Below the pieces are notes generated by a model that had not been told where the DNA came from, ran no database searches, and worked only from the letters and a program-made list of their open reading frames with translations. A DNA stretch of 63,682 nt, filler included. It is 4 parts of 4 records of this genome, joined end to end, with 100 filler letters (N's around TTAATTAATTAA, not from the genome) between each part and the next. Parts side by side here need not be neighbours in the genome. Positions count along the whole stretch, not along the records: positions 28,993 to 56,894 come from SRR2962707_1741; 3 more parts are not named here. One strand, given 5' to 3'. This document shows, piece after piece, positions 30,369-41,600 of this stretch (position 1 is the stretch's first letter; each line of letters begins with the position of its first letter). The translations under genes were made by a program, and so were the position numbers.

Positions 30369-33068
30369 ATGATCGCTTTTCTAGAAGCCGCAGCCCAAGT
30401 GTCCGAGCGTACCGGCTTGGAATCCCTCCCGCCTGAAATACTGAGTTTCACGCTGGAATATGAAAGCGTGCCAGATGTCGAAAATGAGCGGCGACGAATC
30501 GCCGCACTGCTCAAGGGCGGCGGTTTCGATCTCTTCGCCTATTCGGAGGAAGACGACCCCAATCTGCTGGTACTGCAGTTCCAGGGCGTCGAGCTGCGTC
30601 AATCGCCCGGCTTCCTTTTCGAGGTTGCCGATGAACTGGTCTCCGAGCTCGGCCTGCAATCGGCGGTTCCGGAGGTGGGGCCGACATGGGTCGAGGTTGA
30701 GACGATCGCGGACCAGCCCGAAGCTGTCGGCGACATCGTCTGGGCCAATTGCCGCTCCGATGCGGGTGCGCCGGCCGATCCCAACTGGGCGCGGAGGATG
30801 ATCCGTGCCGACAAGGCCAACGATGAATTGATGCAAACCGGCGAAGGCGTGCTTGTCGGCCAGCCGGATACCGGTGTTGCGGAACACATCGAACTCGACG
30901 AGGGACTCGACAAGACGCGCGGGTACAATTTCGTCGAAGACAAGAACGATCCGACCGACCCGCTTTCGACGAACATGTCGTCGCCGGGGCATGGCACGAG
31001 CACGTCGAGCTTGGTGATCAGCCGTAAGGGCCGCATCGTCACGGGCAGCGCGCCGGGTGCCACTCTCGTACCAATACGCTGCATCAATGGCGTGGTCATA
31101 GGAACCGGCGTCGCCGTTGCCAAGGCGATCGATCATGCGCGAAAGCAGAACTGCCGAATCGTGACGATGAGTCTCGGTGGCGGAATCCAGGGATTTGCAT
31201 TGAAGCGTGCGATCAGGCGGGCGGTTGACGCGGACATGATCGTTCTCGCCGCGGCCGGAAACTGCGTCGGTTTCGTGGTTTATCCCGCTTGGGACGAGAA
31301 TGTCATCGCGGTCGCCGGCATCGACGAGAACGAGAAACGCTGGAAGGGCTCGAGCCATGGGCGAAAGGTCGACATCTCAGCACCCGGCGAAAACGTTTAT
31401 GTCGCAAGGCGCAAACCAGGTTCCACGGATACGTCGGATGTCAACAAAGAAGGGCAGGGTACATCGTTTGCCGTCGCCTTGACTGCCGGCTGCGCGGCGC
31501 TTTGGATCGGAAAGTTCGGTTTCGACGAAGTGAAGACCGAAGCACGGCGCCAGCAGACCAATGTCCAAGAACTGTTCCGGGCCGCGGTGCGTGCGTCAGC
31601 CAGAACGCCCGCTGGCTGGAATACGAGCAATATGGGTGCCGGTATTGTTGATGCTTTCGCGTTGCTGTCCATGCCGTTTTCCAACATCCCGGCAGGTTCG
31701 TCGCCACTTTCAGGCGACCCGACCGAATCCGTGTTCGGGGAGATTGCTTTCGGCCGCTTCGAAGCAGAGGCGACTTTCCTCGCGAGCGATCGCCTTGTCA
31801 GGTTCGGACCAGGTTCGACGCTGCTGGAAACTACCGGTGTGCCCCGACCGTCTACGGGGCTTGTCGAACTGCTCGGGCGGAAGAATCCTGAGGCGTTGCG
31901 GGCACCGGGCATCATTACCAGTCCTGCGACACCTCCCGAGCCACCGGCAGACTTTGTCAATCGGATGGCCGCCACCAAAGGCGGAGCGATATTCGAATCC
32001 GCGGCAGGCACGAATGATATCCTCGATCGTGCAGAAGCAGTGCTCAATTACCGGAGCAGCATCTCACTGGAAGCCGGCGGCGGCGGATTGAGCAATGAAT
32101 TGCTTGGCGGAATTCAGCGCTCCCTGGATCAGATCATGCGTCCCGGCGCATCCTTGGAAATGCGCGACCCGCAGAGGGATATCTATCTGGAGGCCCTTGT
32201 CGAACTGGTCGGCCGCCCCGCTCTGCGCATCCAGAACGGGGACCTGCCCTTTGACATCAACAATCCGGCAATCAATGACTGGGCCGCGGACCTGATAGCG
32301 TCGCGCAATGATATCAGACATCTGACGGATGCGGTGGGCCGGGTCGACATCAATATGCCGGGCGGATGGCAGCATGTTGGAACCGGGTTCATGATCGGAC
32401 CCGGTCAGATCATGACCAATCGACACGTGCTCGACGTTATCGCCGAGCAGTTTCCCGTATCGCCGGGAAAATTCGAAATGAGACTGATCGCCGAAGCCTC
32501 GATCAATTTCGATGCGGAGGCGGTCGCCGATGGTGCGAGATTCAAGATCAAGAGCGTTATTTCATGCGGAAAGGACAGGATTGGCCGATATGTCGATCTC
32601 TCGAAGCTCGACATGGCAATCCTGGAAATCGAATCCGACAACGGCCTTCGCGGACACCCGCCAGCTGTAAGTCTCCAAACAGTCCCGACGTCCGATCCGG
32701 CCAATGAGAGGATTATTCTTGTCGGATATCCGGCCGAGCCCGGCCAAGCTGCGGCACCGGACGATATACAGGAAGCCCTTGAATACTGGGACCGGATCCG
32801 CGAACTGTATCGGCGGGATTTCAGTACGAAATACCTAAGTCCAGGCTTAATCAAGAAACGGCCGGGCGAAATGGACGGCGACAGCAGGCGGTGGGCCTTC
32901 AGTCATGATGCTACGACGATGGGAGGTAATTCCGGCTCAGCGGTCACCACGCTGGGCGAACAGATCACGCTTTGCGGATTGCATTTTGGCGGCAAGACAT
33001 TCTCGAGAAATCTGGCCCACGATATCAGCGCAATCGACCTGAGCCGCGATCTCGTATCCGAGTTGTAA
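30369..33068 (+). CDS. S8 subtilase fused to a C-terminal trypsin-like (V8-type) serine protease
   Basis: S8: QPDTG, GHGT, AAAGN, GTSFA; trypsin: TNRHV, DMAIL, GGNSGS, GLH; no signal peptide. Confidence 0.92.
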   Translation: MIAFLEAAAQVSERTGLESLPPEILSFTLEYESVPDVENERRRIAALLKGGGFDLFAYSEEDDPNLLVLQFQGVELRQSPGFLFEVADELVSELGLQSAVPEVGPTWVEVETIADQPEAVGDIVWANCRSDAGAPADPNWARRMIRADKANDELMQTGEGVLVGQPDTGVAEHIELDEGLDKTRGYNFVEDKNDPTDPLSTNMSSPGHGTSTSSLVISRKGRIVTGSAPGATLVPIRCINGVVIGTGVAVAKAIDHARKQNCRIVTMSLGGGIQGFALKRAIRRAVDADMIVLAAAGNCVGFVVYPAWDENVIAVAGIDENEKRWKGSSHGRKVDISAPGENVYVARRKPGSTDTSDVNKEGQGTSFAVALTAGCAALWIGKFGFDEVKTEARRQQTNVQELFRAAVRASARTPAGWNTSNMGAGIVDAFALLSMPFSNIPAGSSPLSGDPTESVFGEIAFGRFEAEATFLASDRLVRFGPGSTLLETTGVPRPSTGLVELLGRKNPEALRAPGIITSPATPPEPPADFVNRMAATKGGAIFESAAGTNDILDRAEAVLNYRSSISLEAGGGGLSNELLGGIQRSLDQIMRPGASLEMRDPQRDIYLEALVELVGRPALRIQNGDLPFDINNPAINDWAADLIASRNDIRHLTDAVGRVDINMPGGWQHVGTGFMIGPGQIMTNRHVLDVIAEQFPVSPGKFEMRLIAEASINFDAEAVADGARFKIKSVISCGKDRIGRYVDLSKLDMAILEIESDNGLRGHPPAVSLQTVPTSDPANERIILVGYPAEPGQAAAPDDIQEALEYWDRIRELYRRDFSTKYLSPGLIKKRPGEMDGDSRRWAFSHDATTMGGNSGSAVTTLGEQITLCGLHFGGKTFSRNLAHDISAIDLSRDLVSEL

Positions 33069-33101
33069 CGGCAAGGCGACTTCGACCATGGAGGAGCTTC
33101 C

Positions 33102-34745
33102 ATGCTCAACGATCTGATCAAACAAGTTATTGGAGCAGCCGAATACGATGACGTGGAGGCGCTGAACGAAGCCTGCACGGCCTTCGTCGAACAACTGCCG
33201 CTTGAATCCGGCTCGATCGAACCTGAGGCGGCGAGGGGTTTGCTCAAGGCCTTGCGTTCGCACCGACGCTTTGAACAGATGCGGCGTTTGGCCAATGCGT
33301 GTCTCATTGACGGTTGTGAAGACGCAAGGGTCATGCACTTTCTAGCCCAGAGCATGATTGAAGCGGGCGAGATCTTCCCCGCCATCCGGCTACTGGAAAA
33401 CACGATTGACGACCCGAAGATTGACCAGGGCGACTGGGGAGAACTGAAGGGCGCGCTCGGCCGCGCCTGGAAAGATCTTGCATTGCAGTCGCGCGAGCCT
33501 CGGCCCGATTTCGCGCGTAATGCTGTCCGGGAATCCTTCCTTAATTACCGTAGCGCGTGGCTGCGTTCGAAGTCTGATTTCACTTATCAGGGTGTGAACA
33601 TGGTCGCCGTCGCCCACTGGGACAATGGATTCGCGCTGAAGTCGGATGAGCGGGCTGAAGCCAAATCCGCCGCCGGTGAAATTGTCGAGATCATCACAAG
33701 CCGTCCCTGCCACGAACTCGAGAACTGGGACTACGCCACGGTGGGTGAAGCGCTGTTCGGTGTGGGAAACCTCACCGAAGCAGGTAAATGGTACGGAGCC
33801 TATGTGAAGCGCGAGGAGTCCGCCTTCGCGCTTGCCAGCTCGGTCCGCCAACTTCAGCAACTTTGGAAAGCCGACTGCGAGGATTGGGGCGAAAAGATAC
33901 TTGCTCCGATGATCGGCAGGCTCGGCATTGAAACCGGGGCAGGGTTTTCGGTTTCACCTGAAGCGCTTCAGAGACTAGCTTCCGTCCCAAAGATACGGCA
34001 CGAAGCCGTATTGGGAGATATCGGCGCGCATACCTACGACTGGCTCCAGGAAGGCATGGATGCGGCCCGATCAGTTGCAATGATACTTCTGAACGGCAAG
34101 CCGCATGGAACCGGGTTCGTGGTGAAGGGAAGTGACTTAGATGAGGGACTTGGCGATGAATTGCTGGTTGTCACGAACGCGCATGTGGTGAGCGACCCGC
34201 CGGAACGCGATGCTGCTTCTCCATCGCAGGCTACGGTAAAATTCGAACTCCATCGCCGAGAGGGCGCCAGCGGTATTAAGCACTCGGTGAAAAATATCGT
34301 TTGGCAGTCGCCTTCGGGCGAGCATGACGTTGCTGTGCTCCGCGTCGATCCGGTCGTGCCTGTCGCCGTTAAGCCGCTGACGTTATATGAACATCTGCCG
34401 GCAATGGCGGACGGAAAGAAGGAGCGAATATATATCATCGGCCATCCCGGCGGACGTGAAATCAGCTTCTCATTCCAGGACAACGAGTTGCTCGATTACG
34501 AGCGGGAAGTCTATGCTTCACGAAACAGCATCGCTCCTTGCCGGATCCACTATCGCACGCCGAGCGAACCGGGGAGTTCGGGCAGCCCGATGTTCGACGC
34601 GAACTGGCGCATCATAGGCATCCATCACGCCGGCGGACGATACGTGCAGATGCTGAACGGCAAGCGCGGCGTCTACGCGGCCAATGAGGGGATGTGGGTA
34701 GAAACCATGCGCCGCGCGCTTCGAAAACGTAGCAAAGGTGGCTGA
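33102..34745 (+). CDS. TPR-S / DUF4071 (MAP3K TRAF-binding-like) domain fused to trypsin-like serine protease
   Basis: GALGRAWKD, YQGVN, WDYATVGEA; protease TNAHV, DVAVL, PGSSGSP, GIHH; GGAGGA RBS. Confidence 0.85.
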   Translation: MLNDLIKQVIGAAEYDDVEALNEACTAFVEQLPLESGSIEPEAARGLLKALRSHRRFEQMRRLANACLIDGCEDARVMHFLAQSMIEAGEIFPAIRLLENTIDDPKIDQGDWGELKGALGRAWKDLALQSREPRPDFARNAVRESFLNYRSAWLRSKSDFTYQGVNMVAVAHWDNGFALKSDERAEAKSAAGEIVEIITSRPCHELENWDYATVGEALFGVGNLTEAGKWYGAYVKREESAFALASSVRQLQQLWKADCEDWGEKILAPMIGRLGIETGAGFSVSPEALQRLASVPKIRHEAVLGDIGAHTYDWLQEGMDAARSVAMILLNGKPHGTGFVVKGSDLDEGLGDELLVVTNAHVVSDPPERDAASPSQATVKFELHRREGASGIKHSVKNIVWQSPSGEHDVAVLRVDPVVPVAVKPLTLYEHLPAMADGKKERIYIIGHPGGREISFSFQDNELLDYEREVYASRNSIAPCRIHYRTPSEPGSSGSPMFDANWRIIGIHHAGGRYVQMLNGKRGVYAANEGMWVETMRRALRKRSKGG

Positions 34746-35057
34746 TCAAGCAATTGGCCTCATCCGGTGACAAGAAGCATAAGCAATTGGTTTTCTAGTT
34801 TGTATTGCCGCAGGACATCCTCGTTTGTCGAAGACATAGCCGTTCTTTTGTGATTCCCAGCACGCCAATTCGCGAGGTCGATGTGGCAAGGACCTTGCCA
34901 TCCTTGCCGTCCTTGCCGAGCGCAAGCATGCGATCTTTCGATTGAAACTGGGCTTGAGGACGGTCATGCTGGTCATCTCCGTGCCATTGTCGGAGACAAT
35001 CGTGCAAGCCCCGCCCGTGTATGAGGTTTCCTATGTTGTTTGTGAAAGTATGAAACA

Positions 35058-36755
35058 ATGCTGAAATGGCCTTCAGTTGTGTCTTTCGGGGTGTTCCTGT
35101 GCCTTTTCACATGGACGTCAACATGGGCGAACGAACTCATAGCGGGGATCTACGATTCCGAAAAACTTCTCGCCGCGATCGAAATGGAAAGACCATCATT
35201 CGTCCCGCCCTCGAATGTAACGGGTATCACGGTGCCGCATCATCTGGTTGCGGCCGACTTAATTGCGCGCGGGTTTTGGGCGGCGGCGTCCGGTGATTAT
35301 AAAAGGATCATCATCATCTCGCCCGATCATTTCCGGCTGGTTGAAAATGGGGCCGCCGTAATTGCCGGATCGGTTGAGACGGTGTTCGGGCGCTTGGAGC
35401 CAGATGCGGAGGCAATCACCCAAATTGTGTCGCGAACAGGACGTTCGATAAAAGTCATAAAACGGCGGGAGCTTGTGCGCGAACACGGTTTGCTCGGCCT
35501 GATGCCGTTTGCTGCGCATTTTTTTCCGGACGCAAAAATTGTCCCTATTATGATGGGTATTAACACGAGCCCGTTACAGTGGGCGGAAATGGCTGACGCG
35601 ATTCAGCCTATCCTTGACGAACATACGCTACTAGTGCAGTCGACGGACTTTTCGCACTACCTGACACTCGGGCAGGCGGTGTTGCATGATCAGGAGATGT
35701 TGAATGTTATCTCCGCGACCGAATTTGGCGCAATACCTGCTCTCGATCAACCGGGCCATCTCGATTCCAAGGCGGCTATGGCCATCCAGCTTGATCTGCA
35801 AGTCAAACGCCTTGGTCATTTTGTAACTGTGATCGCCAACCGTAATGTCGCCGATTATTCAGAGCATGCGACCGAAAGCACGACCAGTTACATTGTCGTC
35901 GTCTACACGAAAGATACTGAAAGCACGCGCGTAATGCGCTATGCGGATCAAGATGTAGTTTTTTTTGGCGGCGATGTCTTTCTCGGACGTTACTTAACAA
36001 GTTCTTTGGCCAAGCCCGAAACTGCTCGATTGATCGGAGAAGCTGTGCTCTCGATCACCGGCGGCGCGCCGCTTGTGGCTAATCTTGAAGGGGTGTTGAT
36101 CGCTGATGACGTGCCGGGGCTTCCGAATGTGCTACATCATATGCGCGCTGATCTGGCCGCGCCTGTGCTGGAAGCCATGGGGGTGAAGGCGTTGGGCCTT
36201 GCCAACAACCACAGCCTCGATCTCGGTGAATTGGGACTGGAAGCATCCATTGAAGTACTGCATGACATCGGGATCACACCAGTGGAGCATGGGACTTTTG
36301 CCGATATTGGCCCAGTGCGCGTGCTTGCGGTCAATCACATCAAGGGCAGGGGTAACGACATCAGCGGCGTATATGCAAGTAGTCCTCCTGATGATATCTG
36401 CTTTTCCCACGCCCGCCCGCCGATCGTCGTCCTCGCTCATTGGGGGACCGAGTACACCGAGATGTTCGACGGAAGGACTCGAATGCTCGCTGAGGCTTAT
36501 GGCCGGTGCGGTTTCGGCTTGATCGTGGGCGCGCATTCGCACCGGGCGGCGAAAGCGGTCGAGACGACCAACGGGAACCGCAGTCTCGCTATCTTTTCGC
36601 TCGGTAATCTCGTGTTTGACCAGTCTGGCGACCGAGCGACCGGCGCGCTTCTTGAGTTACGCGTTTTTCCACGAGGTACGTTCGCCGCACGTCTCTTGCC
36701 ACTTCCGAACCTTTACGACTTGGTAGTTGCGCCATCCGACAGGACAGCGGAGTAA
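35058..36755 (+). CDS. Exported Memo-like (AmmeMemoRadiSam B) plus CapA/PGA_cap metallophosphatase fusion
   Basis: Signal peptide; VPHH, SPDH, EHG, STDFSHY; GDVFLGR, NLEG, ANNHSLD, HWGTEY, GAHSH, SLGNLVFDQ. Confidence 0.88.
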   Translation: MLKWPSVVSFGVFLCLFTWTSTWANELIAGIYDSEKLLAAIEMERPSFVPPSNVTGITVPHHLVAADLIARGFWAAASGDYKRIIIISPDHFRLVENGAAVIAGSVETVFGRLEPDAEAITQIVSRTGRSIKVIKRRELVREHGLLGLMPFAAHFFPDAKIVPIMMGINTSPLQWAEMADAIQPILDEHTLLVQSTDFSHYLTLGQAVLHDQEMLNVISATEFGAIPALDQPGHLDSKAAMAIQLDLQVKRLGHFVTVIANRNVADYSEHATESTTSYIVVVYTKDTESTRVMRYADQDVVFFGGDVFLGRYLTSSLAKPETARLIGEAVLSITGGAPLVANLEGVLIADDVPGLPNVLHHMRADLAAPVLEAMGVKALGLANNHSLDLGELGLEASIEVLHDIGITPVEHGTFADIGPVRVLAVNHIKGRGNDISGVYASSPPDDICFSHARPPIVVLAHWGTEYTEMFDGRTRMLAEAYGRCGFGLIVGAHSHRAAKAVETTNGNRSLAIFSLGNLVFDQSGDRATGALLELRVFPRGTFAARLLPLPNLYDLVVAPSDRTAE

Positions 36756-36769
36756 TACTCCTGCCGGAG

Positions 36770-38650
36770 CTAACGCGTCGTATCCAGCACAAGGTCACCT
36801 GTTGTGTCGTCACGGACCAAGCTTTTCGGCTTGAAGTATTCAAGATCCACCGGTCGCGAGGCGATTCTGCGACCGTCATCCAAGATGAATACAAAACGAA
36901 AGCGGTGACGAGATGACTTGGCGGCTTTGAGCTCAATGCGCCAAGAAGCGTGCACACTGTTGTTCAATGTATCCTGGATCGGCAAGGCGATCTCGTAGTT
37001 GGAGCCTTTTAGACGCAGATCAAACGGCTTGGTTCGCCCGCTGTCGCGTTCGCCGCCCTCACCGCATTCGGCCTCGAAGCCAAGCAGCCCGACTATCAGA
37101 TCCGTGGCAAACCCAGCGATTTTCGTCTGAGTTGCTCCACTTTCACCCTGCCCGTAGATCTCAAGCGTGCCTTCCAATGGCAGTAAAATCCAGCCTGAAG
37201 GATCCAGTTTCACCTTATCTACCAATTTGCCGTATGCGCCTTGGGCCTTCATATCTGCCAAGCACTCCTCATTGCTGGATTTGCAGGACTGTCCGTCGCT
37301 TTTTAGATACTTTATATCTACGCCGGCATTGACCAGATCGGCTTCGAAATTAACTGTAATGCTGGTTTCCGACAGCGATCCAAGTTGAACTGACTGCGTG
37401 ATTTCGCCTCCATCAATACTGTAGTTCAGTTCGGATCCGCTAACTTGGCCCCAGCCAAAATCCTGAACCAACAATTCGGCATCAAATGAGGGTGCCCCGC
37501 AAGTTTGAAAGCTTGATGAGACTGGACTGATGATATGCACAGCAGGACTCAGGTCAGGTTGGCTTTTCTCTATGGCGATATAGGCTTCCTCAATTCCTAT
37601 AGCGCTCGGCGAATTGTTTTCAATCTCGACAAGGATTGGCACAGGAACGATTTGGCTACTTTGGCCGAGAAATCCTTCCTCGAGGTCAATGTTGTCATCA
37701 GGAAAGTCCTCGGGCTGTATAACGATGTTGGAATTGCCTCTCCAAACGTCGCGAATGCGTTCATTTGCCAGTTTCAATTCGAGCACCTCGCCATTGGAGC
37801 GCGCTGCGTAGTCGAGCACCCTGAAGTCGCCATAGTTTTTTCGGCGTGCCCAAGTGGAATCCGAAATGACATTAATTTTTATGTCGTCGGCTATGTCGAA
37901 ATCATCGGAGATGGGTATCAGTTGGAAGCGGCGGGCCGTTTCCGGCAAAATGTGGGCTGAGCCAGGTATTTTGTTACCGCTTGCCCAATTGGCGACGTAC
38001 GCCGAGCGGCCAGGTAGATAGACAGTACCTGTGCCCTCTCGTTTTCCGCCGGCAAAGCTGCCATCATAGACTGCGCCGCTGGCATCCACATAAAGTCCGT
38101 TGCCGTGCGGCATGCCAGAATCAAAATCGCCGGTGAATTGGTCTCCGTTCGGGAAATGAAGGCGGCCTTTCCCATGGGGCAGGCCATTATCCCATTGGCC
38201 TTCATACATTAGGCCTGAGATGTGTGTGAAACTACCCAAACCCTGCGGTTCACCAGCCGCCAAACGGCCATTATAGCTGGCTACGGTGGATGCCGGATCG
38301 GAGACTGCGCCGCCTCTAATGCGCCAAGTCAGAACGCCTTTGCCGCTGATCGTGCCAGAGGTAAGGCCCGAAGTGTCATCGGCTATCCAAGAGAGGTCGA
38401 GTTGTTCGGTGGAGAACGGATCGCGGATTTCAAAGATGAGCCGCTTCAGTTCACGATCTGCTCTGTCCCAGACAAGTTGAACCCATCGGCGCGCCGACCG
38501 TTCGCTGGCGGCGGAAAATACGGCTGCGTAGGAGAATGCAGCACGCCGCTCGATCTTTGGCAATGTGGCTTCCGCTTGTGCAGGCAAGGCTGCCGCGGCG
38601 CAAAGTGAGCACGACAGGGTAAAAATCAGTGGCCAGATTAACTTTCTCAT
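36770..38650 (-). CDS. Exported MORN-repeat protein with unknown C-terminal beta-rich domain
   Basis: Signal peptide; YEGQWDNGLPHGKG, FTGDFDSGMPHGNG, YDGSFAGGKREGTG; ATGA overlap with upstream gene. Confidence 0.85.
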   Translation of the reverse strand: MRKLIWPLIFTLSCSLCAAAALPAQAEATLPKIERRAAFSYAAVFSAASERSARRWVQLVWDRADRELKRLIFEIRDPFSTEQLDLSWIADDTSGLTSGTISGKGVLTWRIRGGAVSDPASTVASYNGRLAAGEPQGLGSFTHISGLMYEGQWDNGLPHGKGRLHFPNGDQFTGDFDSGMPHGNGLYVDASGAVYDGSFAGGKREGTGTVYLPGRSAYVANWASGNKIPGSAHILPETARRFQLIPISDDFDIADDIKINVISDSTWARRKNYGDFRVLDYAARSNGEVLELKLANERIRDVWRGNSNIVIQPEDFPDDNIDLEEGFLGQSSQIVPVPILVEIENNSPSAIGIEEAYIAIEKSQPDLSPAVHIISPVSSSFQTCGAPSFDAELLVQDFGWGQVSGSELNYSIDGGEITQSVQLGSLSETSITVNFEADLVNAGVDIKYLKSDGQSCKSSNEECLADMKAQGAYGKLVDKVKLDPSGWILLPLEGTLEIYGQGESGATQTKIAGFATDLIVGLLGFEAECGEGGERDSGRTKPFDLRLKGSNYEIALPIQDTLNNSVHASWRIELKAAKSSRHRFRFVFILDDGRRIASRPVDLEYFKPKSLVRDDTTGDLVLDTTR

Positions 38651-41600
38651 GGCTTGTTAACTCCCTCGGTTAAGTTTTCTATCGGCTCCATGCTGATGTT
38701 AGCCAAGGAAGCGGCAATTGTCCTGACGCTAGCCGGGAAAAACCGTACCTCGCCTTCTGTGCCTGAAATGGCCAAGGTCGTGTTTCCAACCCAAGTCATA
38801 TCGTAATAACGCATGGTTTGGCCGGTGTTCTTCGTCATCTCTGCGGTATAGACCTTATGATCGGGGCCATTGACGCCCCAACCGTACATGTCAAGTCGGC
38901 CGTCGGCGGTCATTAGGGCGAGAAGTGTGCCGTCGGGTGAAAAGGCGACACGTAACATCTCTTTTTGCGGTTGGAAGTTTTCAAGCGACATTACCTGCTG
39001 CAACGCCGTTCCAACAGCACCCGTGGAGTAGATCGGCACTAGTGAGCCGAGATTGTCCGCTGTAAGGATCCGATTGCCGTCGGAGCTGACCGCAACCGAG
39101 GCGGTGCCTGCCGGTCGTCCAGGTCGGTCTGGGCCTGCAACAATCACGCGGGCGAAAGCACCTGTCAGGGCATTCCATTCGAGGATCGATCCTTTGCCGT
39201 GAGAAACATAAAGCTTGCTGCCGTCAGGTGAGAACGCTGCGCCCCATGGCTTGCCGTGTTCTGCGCGCAATTCCGCCAGCGCTACATCGTCTGGAATAAT
39301 GCGCTCAGCCCGATCGAGCGTTCCTGCCGAGGAATCGAAGGTGTACCAGTCAAACCAGGTGTCGTTGTCGCCGATTACGACGATCGTGTTGCCGCTAGTA
39401 AGCACCTGCTTCTGGTTTCTGCCGACGGGTACGCTGGCAACGAGTTTCGAGCCGTCGAAGACAGACAGCAGATTATCAGCGTCGCCATCTGGTTCTTTTA
39501 GAAGCACCGCGAAGCTGTTGTCGGCAAGTGTCGCGCTGCTGACAGCAATATGTGTAGGAAGAACATTCGCGCCATCGGGAAGGATGAGCGGCTGAGCGGT
39601 TGTTTCGCCCGATGGCATCCACTCGACCAATTGGCCAGCGATAACCGAAAGTACCTTGCTCCCTTCTGGTGCGATGGCAGCGATGTCGTGAGCGCTGTTG
39701 AAAACAGGCACAACTGGCGCGTGTTTGCCAGTCACATCGTGGATGTGGATCGGAGTATTACCTTCCACATCTTCATCGCCGACGATAACAAGTTTTTCCC
39801 CTCCTGCCATTATAGCGACTAAGCGCGCAAGGGAGTGGGGTAAGTAAACGCGGATACGTGTACCAGTCATGCGACCGTGCGCCTGCTCAAGATAGGTTGC
39901 GCAGACGGCGTTATCAGCGCAATTGGCAACAATAAAACCAAGCGTTAGAAATTTCACGTCACCAAGGTTTATTGCGCCTATTGGAAGCTTCTCAAAGCCC
40001 GCCATTTTTTCCGCTAGCCTGTAAAGTCCTGCGCAGTCGCGACCGCCAGCGAGCACGAAGTGGTCTACAACGCGAAGATGGATTTGGTCGGCACTGCATT
40101 GCTGATCGGAAGGAAGGGGGACTGTGAAAGTCTGCGAAAATGTGCCGGCCTTCAGGTCCGATTCTGTGATAACCAGTTTGCCATTGTCGATAGTAAACCA
40201 TCGTGCGCGCGCGTCGTCGGTAAGCCCCCAATAATCGGGGCTCTCGAAATCTTCAATGACCTTGATGTGGTGCTGGCAGTCTAGGTCTCCGGCGCTAAAG
40301 TCGCAGGTGACACTCCGGATGCCGCCGTCAATGGGCACAGCCCAGGAAAGCCCGTTAGGAGAGGAGCGGATTTTCGAACGGCGAGTGTCGTTAATATCGA
40401 GTTTTATGGCGCGAAGCAGATTGTTGTCGACATCTATGAAATTAATCTGACCATCATAGTGGAGTACCGCGAGATTGTCTTCGTCTACGCGAGCAAGCCT
40501 TATGATGCGGTTTGATGAAGAATTGCCGCGGAGTGGTTTGATGCCTGTGTTCGACGATGTTATCTTACCTGTTTTGAGATTGATGGAATAGATATTGGCA
40601 TCATCCGAACCGGCAAAGATCTTGCCATTTTTGGCTACCAGATTTGACCGGATGTCTCCATCAAACTTAAGTGCCTTGCCAACTGAGCTCGGGTTGCGCA
40701 GCGCCGCATCGAGAATCAGGTCACGCGCAACAGGGCCGTAGGACGTATCGAGAATGGCGAGCGCGCTGCGGCTGGCGAAACCGTAATCGCCGCTCTCAAG
40801 CGCAATGCGAGCTTGTTCCATCGTCTCCGCGTTTCGGGCAGAGAGATTGCTTTCATTCCACAGATAGCCGAACGCGCCGGTGGCGATGGCGCCCAGCATG
40901 GCAGCAGTGGCAAGCGCCCGACGCACTCTCTTGGCGTTCCGTTTCTGGGCCGCCTCGGCGTCGCTTTTTCCCTTGCAGGCGCGGATGAAATCCACTTCAG
41001 ACACTGACAATTGCTTGTTGAAACGCTCGTCGTCGAGCAGTTTCAGCGCATCCTTCAGTGTGTCGCCCATCAGGCTAAGACGGTCGTCCGATCGAGCATT
41101 GGCGTCCCAGATGACAGCTTGCGCGCGCACGATATCGATACTTGCCAGAAGTGGCCGGTCTTCCTGCAGCCAGCCATTTAGCTCCGTCCAGCAGCGCAAA
41201 AACGCTTCATGGGCTGGCTCCACCGTCGCCTCGCCGCTGATCTGGTCGCGATCGGTCGCAAGCAGGCGCTCCTTGACTAGAAGGTCGATCATCGGGCGAG
41301 CTTCCCGCGGGATCTGATCGAGCGCAGCCACATTTCGTCGCGGCTCGCCGGTCACCGGATCTATTCCTGCGGTCCAGGGAATGAGGCCGCGCTTCAAAAT
41401 TGCGAGATTCGCCTCGCGCCTGTTTGGCAGGTTTGGATCATTTTTAGCAAATTCGAGGACGCGATTGACCGCTGACTCGATGCTGCCTTTAAGGCCGCCG
41501 ATCGCCTCATAGTCATCCACGGTGATTTCGCCAGCTTCGGCATAATCGTCGTAGAGGCGACGCAGCGTGTAGGCGAGGAGTGGCAGCGTGTCTTTGGCGC

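Noticed and set aside
30369-33068. IetAS-type ATPase plus S8 system
   Set aside because: No adjacent AAA ATPase; the partner is a protease
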